Assembly (NCBI RefSeq): GCF_964030875.1
Contig: NZ_OZ034981.1
Coordinates: forward strand, 180,001 to 212,000
Source: Candidatus Saccharimonadota bacterium
Lineage (GTDB): Bacteria; Bacteroidota; Bacteroidia; Flavobacteriales; Blattabacteriaceae
DNA length: 32,000 nucleotides
Direction of reading: 5' to 3'
The notes under the pieces were generated by a model, which was not told where the DNA came from, searched no databases, and saw only the letters and a program-made list of their open reading frames with translations. Positions within the stretch are counted from its first letter, which is position 1, and each line of letters starts with the position of its first letter. The position numbers were made by a program, and so were the translations under genes. This document shows positions 19,031-27,074 of the stretch, one piece after another.

Positions 19031-20047
19031 TTATATTTTCCAATGTAAATCTCCACTAAGCAGTATGTCCAGTGACATAGGATGGTTCTTCTGTGCAAGA
19101 GAAATTTGATCATGAAATAGCATGTCATAAGTAGTACGTTCTTCTTTATAAAAGACCCCAAAAGGACGAGGAAATTTTTCATCTCCTGGTGTACCAAAGA
19201 ATCTCGTTAAAATCTCTGCTTTCGGACGATCATTTTCATCATGGATCCAAATATCTGAAAAACTATAAGAACTTTCTTGTAGAGAAATTACCTTAGGATA
19301 TATACCGTCAAGACGTATGCCATATTGTTTTTCATAACCGAATATCATCAATTCCCCTTGCTTAAGAGAAAGTGTATGATTAACTTTTTTACTTTTTTCA
19401 GTAAAATTTTCAAAAACTCCATCATTAAAGACATTGCAATTTTGATATATTTCTAAAAAAGAGGTTCCTCTGTGCTCTTGTGCTCTTAGTAACATATCAC
19501 GTAAATGTTTAGGATCTCTATCCGTAGTTCTTGCTATAAAGCTAGCTCCAGCTCCTAATACCAAACTCAACGGATTGAATGGATAATCAATGGTACCTAA
19601 TGGAGAAGATTTTGTCTTAAACCCTAACCTTGAAGTTGGTGAATGTTGTCCCTTAGTTAGACCATAAATCTCATTATTAAATAACAGAATATTTACATCT
19701 AAATTCCTCCTAAGTAGATGAATCATGTGATTTCCTCCGATAGAAAGTCCATCACCATCTCCAGTAATAATCCACACATTTAAATCAGGATTTGCGAGTT
19801 TAATACCTGTAGCTATAGCTGGAGCTCGTCCATGAATACCATGAAGACCAAAAGTATCCATATAGTATGGAAAACGTGAAGAACAACCTATCCCTGAGAC
19901 AAAAACTATTTTTTCCTTAGGAAAGCCTATTTCAGGTAAAATAGTTTGGACCTGTTTTAAAATAGAGTAGTTTCCACAGCCTGGACACCATTTAATATCT
20001 TGGTCAGAAGAAAAATTTTTATGGGGATATTTTTTTATGATTTGCAC
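19031..20047 (-). CDS. korB: 2-oxoglutarate:ferredoxin oxidoreductase beta subunit
   Basis: 338-aa ORF with a GTG start. It has WCPGCGNYSIL and the TPP-binding ITGDGDGLSIGGNH motif. No korA lies adjacent on either side. Confidence 0.88.
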   Translation of the reverse strand: MQIIKKYPHKNFSSDQDIKWCPGCGNYSILKQVQTILPEIGFPKEKIVFVSGIGCSSRFPYYMDTFGLHGIHGRAPAIATGIKLANPDLNVWIITGDGDGLSIGGNHMIHLLRRNLDVNILLFNNEIYGLTKGQHSPTSRLGFKTKSSPLGTIDYPFNPLSLVLGAGASFIARTTDRDPKHLRDMLLRAQEHRGTSFLEIYQNCNVFNDGVFENFTEKSKKVNHTLSLKQGELMIFGYEKQYGIRLDGIYPKVISLQESSYSFSDIWIHDENDRPKAEILTRFFGTPGDEKFPRPFGVFYKEERTTYDMLFHDQISLAQKNHPMSLDILLSGDLHWKI

Positions 20048-20183
20048 GTTACAAGCATTATAACGAACTAGGGCTAAGTTAAGCTAAGCGCGGAGTTGCT
20101 CCAGTAAATTATGACTTATCTAGCTAGCTTGTGATTTTGATCATCACAAGATAAATACTACATTTGTAAGAGAGAATTAAGTA

Positions 20184-20257
20184 TCTTCAGTAGCTCAGTT
20201 GGTTAGAGCACCTGACTGTTAATCAGGGAGTCGCGGGTTCAAGTCCAGCCTGGAGAG
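20184..20257 (+). tRNA. tRNA-Asn (GTT)
   Basis: Hand-folded: TCTTCAG TA GCTC AGTTGGTTA GAGC A CCTGA CTGTTAA TCAGG GAGTC GCGGG TTCAAGT CCAGC CTGGAGA G. There is one G51/A63 mismatch in the T stem. CCA is not encoded. Confidence 0.88.
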
Positions 20258-20272
20258 CGATTAGTATCTGTA

Positions 20273-20347
20273 CGGGGTGTAGCTCAGTTTGGGTAGAGTG
20301 CATGCCTGGGGGGTGTGTGGTCGCTGGTTCGAATCCAGTCGCCCCGA
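20273..20347 (+). tRNA. tRNA-Pro (anticodon reads GGG)
   Basis: Hand-folded: CGGGGTG TA GCTC AGTTTGGGTA GAGT G CATGC CTGGGGG GTGTG TGGTC GCTGG TTCGAAT CCAGT CGCCCCG A. The C1-G72 pair is typical of bacterial tRNA-Pro. There are several G-U pairs. The anticodon was read from the run cctgggggg. Confidence 0.82.
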
Positions 20348-20450
20348 CTTAAGAATAGATTACATTATAAACGCTCTTTATCAAAAAGGTCGGATAAGTA
20401 TCCTCAGTACCATTGTTTTTGTCGTTTATATCAGCATGGAAAGATCTTCT

Positions 20451-23400
20451 TTAGCCTTTTTTACTAAATTTTTTAACGAATATTCTTAGAGTTTCTCCCT
20501 CAAAATCTACCATGTCTCCTAAGTTATAATCTAAGGATAGAGAGACGGAAAGAGTTTCTTCGCAAATATACTCTCTGTGTAATTTTATAACTTTTTCTAG
20601 TTCAGGAGAAGCTGCAATAGATAAAATAATTTGATCAGTTATCCCTAACTCTTTCTTTTTACGTATATTCTGTATTCTATTGATCAATTCTCTAGCTATT
20701 CCCTCATAACGTAATACGTTATCTATTTCTAGGTCGAGAACAACAGTTATCTCCTTGTCGGAGGCTATTAACCAATTTTTAGATGTCTTTATTACAATAT
20801 TCACCTCTTTTATAGTGATCTTTTCTTTAATACCTTCTATTTCTATAATAGAATGGCCATATTTTTCCATATGATCAATTTGCTGTTGAGTAAATTTTTT
20901 AAGAATATCAGAAATAATCCGTGTACGTTTACCAAATCTAGGACCTAACATCTTAAAATTAGGCTTTATTTCCCTAATAAAAAATTGACTGTAAGCTTTG
21001 TGGGTTAAAAATTTAATTTCCTTAACATTTACTTCCTGTTTAAGAATCTCGTAAAGACTAAAAATCTCTTCTTCAAAAGAAGAAACAAAAATAATTAATT
21101 TTCTAAGAGGTTGTCTAACCTTTATGTTCTTTTTTTTTCTAAAAGAGAAAACTATTGAAGTGACGCGTTGTGCCAAATGCATACATTTTTTTATCCGTTT
21201 GTCGATAATTTTTTCATAATATTTAGGAAAATAAGCCAAATGTACACTTTCAAAAAAATATTTTTTAGTTGTATATACTAAATTCATGTAAAGTTTATCA
21301 GAAAAAAAAGGTGCTATAGGAGAACTCATTATGGATATTGTAAGCAAACAATCGTATAACGTCTGATAAGCAGACACTTTATCTTTAGAATATTTTTCCT
21401 TCCAAAATCTCCGACGACAAATCCTAATGTACCAATTACTCAAATCGTCAATTACAAATTGAGAGATAATCCTAGTAGCACGAGTAGTATTATAGGTATC
21501 ATAATAAATTTCTACCTTCTTAATTAACTGGTGTAATTCTGAAAGAATCCATCTGTCCATCTCAGGACGTTCTACTATAGGAAGAAAATTTTCTTTATAA
21601 CAAAATCCATCTATATTTGCATACATTGCAAAGAATGCATAAGTATTATAAAGAGTTCCAAAAAATTTTCTACGGACTTCATCAATACCGGATATATCGA
21701 ATTTCAGATTTTCCCAAGGTTGTACCTTTGAAAGCATATACCAACGGGTCGCATCAGGACCAAACAAGTCTAATACTTCAAAAGGATTCACAGTGTTTCC
21801 CTTGCTTTTGGACATTTTATGTCCGTTTTTATCGAGTACTAAACCAATAGCCACTACATTTTTATAAGCTACTGACTTAAAAAGCATAGAAGAAATAGCA
21901 TGTAAAGTGTAAAACCATCCACGAGTCTGGTCAACCCCTTCCGCTATAAAATTAGCAGGATAAAACTTTCCTTTATCTATTTTTTCATGATTTTCAAAAG
22001 GATAATGCCATTGTGCAAATGGCATAGCTCCTGAATCAAACCACACATCAATTAAGTCAGACTCTCTATGCATTGGGGTCCCCCTAGTAGAAACTAAAAT
22101 AATATCATCCACAAATGGTTTATGCACATCAACTTTTTGGTAATTTTCATTGCTCATATCTCCAGGGACAAAATATTTTAGAGGATTTTCTTTCATGAAT
22201 CCAGCCTTAATTGATTTTTCTATTTCAAACCTCAATTCTTCAAACGATCCTATAATTCTTTCTTCTTTATGTGTCCGCCATATTGGGAGCGGAACTCCCC
22301 AATATCTTGATCGGGAAAGATTCCAATCGTTAAGGTTTTCAAGCCAGTGATTGAAACGACTAGTTCCAGTAGAAGTAGGAACCCAATGAATATTCTTATT
22401 GAGGTAAATAAGATCAGATTTAGCGGCAGTAGTTTTAATACACCAAGTATCTAAAGGATAATAAAGTATCGGTTTGTCTGTACGCCAACAATGTGGATAA
22501 TAGTGTTGATATTTCTCAATTTTAAAAACTTTTCCTTCCCTCTGCAATATGGCAGACAATTCTACGTCCACTGAAAATTCAGTAGATTTTTCCGTATTGT
22601 AGTATTCATTGCGAACATATTTTCCAGCAAATGGTTTAGGTAGACGTTGAATAAAACGTCCTTGTACATCTACCAAGGGTAGAGCTTGTTTTTTTACAGA
22701 ATCCCATACTAACATAGGAGGTATTTCATTTTTCTGAGCTACTTCAGCGTCATCAACCCCAAAAGTTGGTGCAATATGTACAATACCTGTACCGGTATCA
22801 GTAGTAACAAAATCTCCGGAAATAACTTTAAAGGCATTTTTTTTCCTTTCGTAGGGAATTACCCAAGGTAATAACTGTTCGTAACGGCTTCCTACAATAC
22901 TTTTTCCGTAAAAAGTCTTTATTATTTTATAAGGGATTTTATGATCTCCTTTTTGATCTCCTTTTTGATCTCCTTTTTGATCTCCTTTTTGATCTCCTTT
23001 TTGATCTCCTTTTTGAAATACTTCTAATGAAACGTTGGATGATACTGGAAAGTATTTATCATAAAGTATTTTACTAATCAAAACCTTGGCTAATATAACA
23101 TACATCCTTTCAAAGGAATAGGAATTAAATGTATCTATCACTAGATATTCTATATACGGACCAATAGTAAGAGCAGTATTTGAAGGAAGAGTCCAAGGGG
23201 TAGTAGTCCATGCTAAGAAATAGACATTTCTTGTTAGTACTTTTAAAAAAGTAGGAAGACTCTCTTTTATAGCTTTAAACTGTACCACAATCGTGGTATC
23301 AGTAATTTCTTTATAAGTACCAGGTAGATTAAGTTCATGTGTGCTCAATCCAGTTCCAGCAGCCGGAGAATAGGGTTGTACAGTGTATCCCTTATATAAG

Positions 23401-23918
23401 AATTTTTTTTTATAGAATTGCTTCAAAATCCACCATAGACTTTCTATATATTTTGAGTGATAAGTCATATACGGAGTTTTATGATCTATCCAATATCCTA
23501 TTTTATCAGTAAATTTTTTCCATATACTAGTGTAACGCATCACATATATAAGACAAGTCTTATTATATTCTTCTACACTAATTTTTTTACCGATATCTTC
23601 TTTTGTAATATTAAGTTCTTTTTCGACGCTAAGTTCTATGGGTAATCCATGTGCGTCCCAACCGGATTTACGGTATACTTTTTCTCCTTTTAAAGTATGA
23701 TATCTACAAAATACGTCTTTTATAGTACGAACCATTACATGGTGAATACCAGGATATCCGTTTGCTGATGGAGGGCCTTCATAAAATACATAGACATTTC
23801 TACCTTCCCGGTAGGTAATGCTTTTCTCAAAAATATTGTTTTTTTTCCAGAAATTGTCTATTTCTGAAGCCCATTGATTAAGATTAAATTTATTATATTC
23901 TTTAAATGTTTTAGACAT
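20451..23918 (-). CDS. ileS: isoleucine--tRNA ligase (long type-2 form)
   Basis: The track ORF is 20451..23933. The likely start is MSKTFKEYNKF (ATG at 23918..23916). It has HIGH-type PSANGYPGIHH and KMSKS (HKMSKSKGN) motifs. It carries an in-frame QKGD x6 repeat. Confidence 0.96.
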   Translation of the reverse strand: MSKTFKEYNKFNLNQWASEIDNFWKKNNIFEKSITYREGRNVYVFYEGPPSANGYPGIHHVMVRTIKDVFCRYHTLKGEKVYRKSGWDAHGLPIELSVEKELNITKEDIGKKISVEEYNKTCLIYVMRYTSIWKKFTDKIGYWIDHKTPYMTYHSKYIESLWWILKQFYKKKFLYKGYTVQPYSPAAGTGLSTHELNLPGTYKEITDTTIVVQFKAIKESLPTFLKVLTRNVYFLAWTTTPWTLPSNTALTIGPYIEYLVIDTFNSYSFERMYVILAKVLISKILYDKYFPVSSNVSLEVFQKGDQKGDQKGDQKGDQKGDQKGDHKIPYKIIKTFYGKSIVGSRYEQLLPWVIPYERKKNAFKVISGDFVTTDTGTGIVHIAPTFGVDDAEVAQKNEIPPMLVWDSVKKQALPLVDVQGRFIQRLPKPFAGKYVRNEYYNTEKSTEFSVDVELSAILQREGKVFKIEKYQHYYPHCWRTDKPILYYPLDTWCIKTTAAKSDLIYLNKNIHWVPTSTGTSRFNHWLENLNDWNLSRSRYWGVPLPIWRTHKEERIIGSFEELRFEIEKSIKAGFMKENPLKYFVPGDMSNENYQKVDVHKPFVDDIILVSTRGTPMHRESDLIDVWFDSGAMPFAQWHYPFENHEKIDKGKFYPANFIAEGVDQTRGWFYTLHAISSMLFKSVAYKNVVAIGLVLDKNGHKMSKSKGNTVNPFEVLDLFGPDATRWYMLSKVQPWENLKFDISGIDEVRRKFFGTLYNTYAFFAMYANIDGFCYKENFLPIVERPEMDRWILSELHQLIKKVEIYYDTYNTTRATRIISQFVIDDLSNWYIRICRRRFWKEKYSKDKVSAYQTLYDCLLTISIMSSPIAPFFSDKLYMNLVYTTKKYFFESVHLAYFPKYYEKIIDKRIKKCMHLAQRVTSIVFSFRKKKNIKVRQPLRKLIIFVSSFEEEIFSLYEILKQEVNVKEIKFLTHKAYSQFFIREIKPNFKMLGPRFGKRTRIISDILKKFTQQQIDHMEKYGHSIIEIEGIKEKITIKEVNIVIKTSKNWLIASDKEITVVLDLEIDNVLRYEGIARELINRIQNIRKKKELGITDQIILSIAASPELEKVIKLHREYICEETLSVSLSLDYNLGDMVDFEGETLRIFVKKFSKKG
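22943..23016. repeat. tandem array, 12-bp unit x 6, inside ileS coding sequence
   Basis: gatctccttttt starts at 22943, 22955, 22967, 22979, 22991 and 23003, and all copies are identical. It translates on the minus strand as QKGD x6. Confidence 0.97.
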
Positions 23919-24075
23919 AACAAAAAATCTCATTATTGAAATAATTCTATTAGGGATATTTATAATCTACCGGATTAACTATAGCTAAAACAGAATTTGA
24001 GGAGCGTAGTTGTGCAACTTTAGAGTGTTAGTGTTTATTAGCCGGACGAGCAGCTACGTTTCCACATAATACCAT

Positions 24076-24228
24076 GCTTACGGGATCCGCTAAGGTATAC
24101 GCTACGGGATCCGCTAAGGTATACGCTACGGGATCCGCTAAGGTATACGCTACGGTATCCGCTAAGGTATACGCTACGGTATCCGCTAAGGTATACGCTA
24201 CGGTATCCGCTAAGGTATACGCTAAGGT
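24076..24228. repeat. tandem array, 24-bp unit x 6.3 with two sequence variants
   Basis: Copies 1-3 are gct(t)acgggatccgctaaggtatac (24076, 24101, 24125). Copies 4-6 are gctacggtatccgctaaggtatac (24149, 24173, 24197). A tail gctaaggt follows. Each unit is two related 12-bp halves, gctacgg[g/t]atcc and gctaaggtatac. The array lies between divergent ileS and tsaB. Confidence 0.97.
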
Positions 24229-24301
24229 CTGTACAATTATTCATTTTTTAACCCGATAGCTATAGACAATCTTATCTTGCTTACTAAAAACAGGTTATTT
24301 G

Positions 24302-24943
24302 ATGGCGATTATACTTAATATAGAAACTGCAACTAGAAATTGTTCTGTATCTCTAGTTCAGAATGGCATTTTACAAATTTTAGTTGAAGAAAATTCTAAA
24401 TATTATTCGCATTCTGAAAATCTCCATAAATTTATGGATTATGTATTTAAAAAGTCTGCTATAAGTATTTATGAACTCAATGCTGTTTCTGTTAGTAAAG
24501 GTCCTGGTTCTTATACTGGTCTTAGAACAGGAGTTTCTGCGGCTAAAGGTTTGTGTTATGGTTTAAATATTCCACTAATAGCTATAGATACTTTAACGAT
24601 TATGGTACATGGGTTCAATGCTAATCAAGGAATATTGATTCCTATGATAGATTCACAAAGAAACGAGGTTTACACTGCAATTTTTAATAAAAAAAAGATG
24701 ACAACTATTGAGGCGAAAATTCTTGATGAGAACAGCTTTATAGAATATACAAAAAATCAAATTTATATATTTGGAGATGGAGCACAAAAAGCTAAAAAGT
24801 TGTTAAAAATATCTGCGTATTATTGGCCAGAATTTTTTCCATCTGCAAAATACATGAGCTCTCTTTCCGAAGAACGTTTTCAGCAACATAAATTTGAGAA
24901 TATTGAATCTGTTGAACCTTTTTATTTAAAAGATTTTTTGTAA
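24302..24943 (+). CDS. tsaB: tRNA threonylcarbamoyladenosine (t6A) biosynthesis protein TsaB (YeaZ)
   Basis: About 213 aa with ILNIETATRNCSVSL and VSKGPGSYTGLRTGVSAAKGL. The track start at 24299 is a TTG, and the ATG at 24302 is more likely. Confidence 0.85.
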   Translation: MAIILNIETATRNCSVSLVQNGILQILVEENSKYYSHSENLHKFMDYVFKKSAISIYELNAVSVSKGPGSYTGLRTGVSAAKGLCYGLNIPLIAIDTLTIMVHGFNANQGILIPMIDSQRNEVYTAIFNKKKMTTIEAKILDENSFIEYTKNQIYIFGDGAQKAKKLLKISAYYWPEFFPSAKYMSSLSEERFQQHKFENIESVEPFYLKDFL

Positions 24944-25394
24944 ATTAAAATATACTTTTATTCCATACAATTTAAGGATTCTTCTTTGTAAAAAGAGGAA
25001 TGCAAGCACAACCATGGATAACATCCAGTTTAGTTTTCATTACTTGTAAACGCACATCATGAATAGAAGCAACTTTTCAATTAATGGTGGTTCATTAACG
25101 AGGCATGAATATACGTACATCATTAGTGCCTATACCGAACGTCATTTACTAAACTTCACCGATTAGCTCAAAGATTAAGAAATGAACGTGTGAACCTATA
25201 GTATGATATCTGGAGTTCCTAAATGGGGAATTACCTCTTGTTATTTTAAGTATTGCATAGAAGGAAAAAATACACAACGTATATATTGCATTGGAGACTG
25301 TTATTCTCTGTCAAAATATTCTAGAAAACATATATAAAACATTTTATTTTTTGTACGTTATCATTTATGTCTTTTTATATTAGAAAAATTCTAT

Positions 25395-26303
25395 ATGATA
25401 ATGTCAAACAAATCTATTTTGTTCTCTACAAGAAACAGTAAAGATTTATCTAAAAAAATTTCTTCATTATATGGTGAATCATTAGGAGATATTAATTTTA
25501 TTGAGTTTGAAGACGGGGAGTATGAGCCATCGTTAGAACAATCAGTTCGGGGAATGCGTGTTTTTCTTATTGGTTCAACGGTTCCTCCGGCAGATAATTT
25601 AATGGAACTTCTCTTAATGTGCGATGCCGCTCATCGTGCATTAGCTAAGGAGATTATATTAGTAATTCCTTATTTCGGTTGGGCTCGTCAAGACCGTAAA
25701 AACAAATCTCGTTCTCCAATTGGCGCTAAACTCGTTACTAATCTTATAGAAGCCTCCGGAGCTACACGTGTAATAACTATGGATTTACATACCGATCAAA
25801 TACAGGGTTTTTTTAAAATTCCTATAGATCATTTATATGCCTATAAGATTTTTATGAAATATGTAAAATCTCTTAATTTACAAAATATTACTATAGCTTC
25901 CCCAGATATTGGTGGAGCTAATAGAATAAAAAACTATGCGAATGATTTGAATGCTGACAGGGTTATCTGTTATAAGGAAAGAACAAAGTCCAATAAGATT
26001 GATAGCATACACCTAATTGGTGAGGTTAAAGGTAGACATGTCATATTAATTGATGATATAGTAGATACGGCAGAAACTATAACTATGGCAGCTGACTTGA
26101 TAAAAGAACAAGGTGCAAATAGCGTCCGTGCTATAGCTACTCATCCAGTCCTTTCAGGGGATTCTTATGAAAGAATAATCTCTTCTTGTCTTGAAGAGTT
26201 AGTAGTTACTGATAGTCTCTCTATTAAGAGAATTTCTTCATGTAAGATAAAAGTTCTATCTAGCGCTGCTCTTTTTGCCGATGCAATATCTTATACACAA
26301 TAA
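25395..26303 (+). CDS. prs: ribose-phosphate pyrophosphokinase
   Basis: 302-aa ORF with YFGWARQDRK and the PRPP-binding loop VILIDDIVDTAETI. Confidence 0.95.
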   Translation: MIMSNKSILFSTRNSKDLSKKISSLYGESLGDINFIEFEDGEYEPSLEQSVRGMRVFLIGSTVPPADNLMELLLMCDAAHRALAKEIILVIPYFGWARQDRKNKSRSPIGAKLVTNLIEASGATRVITMDLHTDQIQGFFKIPIDHLYAYKIFMKYVKSLNLQNITIASPDIGGANRIKNYANDLNADRVICYKERTKSNKIDSIHLIGEVKGRHVILIDDIVDTAETITMAADLIKEQGANSVRAIATHPVLSGDSYERIISSCLEELVVTDSLSIKRISSCKIKVLSSAALFADAISYTQ

Positions 26304-26310
26304 ATAATCT

Positions 26311-26898
26311 ATGAAATCTATAACCATCCTAGTGGAAAAAAGAAACAACGTAGGAAAAAAATTCACTAGATCCTTACGGAAGATTGGGAAGGTTCCTTGT
26401 GTTGTGTATAGTAATGGAGAAACTTTTCATTTTTCCACTCCTCTATCCATATTAAAACATATTGTTGATACACCTGAGACATATACAGTAATCATTGAAT
26501 GGAAAGAGGGAGGAAGAATTGAAACAATTCTGAAGGATGTTCAATTACATCCTATATCCGATATTATCTTACATGCAGATTTTCTTAAACTACAAGAGAA
26601 CAAACCTATCGTTGTAGAGATCCCAGTAAAAATCATAGGAAGATCTATAGGAATAGCACAAGGTGGACAACTGTATATAACTCTTAGAAAACTTAAGATC
26701 AGAACTATTTTAAAAAATTTTCCAGATTATATAGAAATTGACATTACCTCTATAGGTATAGGTGGAAAAATATTGGTGAAAGACCTACTTACAGACAGAT
26801 ATAGTATTCAACATCCTAATGAGACGCTAATATTAGCGATAAAATCCTCACGGGAAGTAGAAAAGATTTCTAAGACTGAGAAATCAAATAATGAATGA
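26311..26898 (+). CDS. rplY: 50S ribosomal protein L25 (Ctc form)
   Basis: 195-aa ORF with an L25/Ctc N-terminal domain (GKKFTRSLRKIGKVPCVVYS). It follows prs, which is the usual order. Confidence 0.88.
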   Translation: MKSITILVEKRNNVGKKFTRSLRKIGKVPCVVYSNGETFHFSTPLSILKHIVDTPETYTVIIEWKEGGRIETILKDVQLHPISDIILHADFLKLQENKPIVVEIPVKIIGRSIGIAQGGQLYITLRKLKIRTILKNFPDYIEIDITSIGIGGKILVKDLLTDRYSIQHPNETLILAIKSSREVEKISKTEKSNNE

Positions 26899-26999
26899 GG
26901 TGCAGTAGTGGTAAGTAACTAGATTGTACGTTAACCTTGTATAATGTGTGCTGGGGGTGATACTAATGTAGCGATCCATCCTAACCTTTGTTGGTTAGG

Positions 27000-27030
27000 G
27001 AACATTCCGAATGTTCTATTTATATTTTTT
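27000..27030 (+). terminator. probable intrinsic terminator after rplY
   Basis: A hairpin gaacatt-ccg-aatgttc (27000..27016) is followed by tatttatatttttt. A second hairpin cctaacc-tttgtt-ggttagg (26980..26999) sits just upstream. Confidence 0.5.
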
Positions 27031-27074
27031 GGCTATACAAAATTCTCTGGTTTTACATTATTAAATATCTGTAT

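Noticed and set aside
16032-20489. ORFs 16032..16223, 18925..19197 and 20289..20489 as genes
   Set aside because: The first is antisense to the gdh remnant. The second overlaps tRNA-Cys and the korB 3' end. The third is read straight through tRNA-Pro.
24076-24228. The 24-bp array as replication-origin iterons or a regulator operator
   Set aside because: The phased palindromes are suggestive, but there is no DnaA-box-like motif, no adjacent replication gene and no candidate binding protein. Identical slippage-type arrays occur in coding DNA nearby. It is kept only as a speculative note in the finding.
18608-24259. Track ORFs running through the arrays (18608..18841, 24038..24244, 24074..24259) as repeat-containing proteins
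   Set aside because: They are open only because the unit lengths are multiples of 3. They have no recognisable domain or plausible start context, and two of them are mutually antisense over the same array. This is still noted as relevant to the 3n observation.
10011-27074. Long N-terminal extensions in the track ORFs for U32 (to 11399), leuS (from 12396), ileS (to 23933), der (from 26988) and tyrS (from 3606)
   Set aside because: Homology starts at internal Met codons (11279, 12429, 23918, 27075, 3636). The extensions are low-complexity, and in two cases they would overlap the neighbouring gene. The inner starts were preferred.
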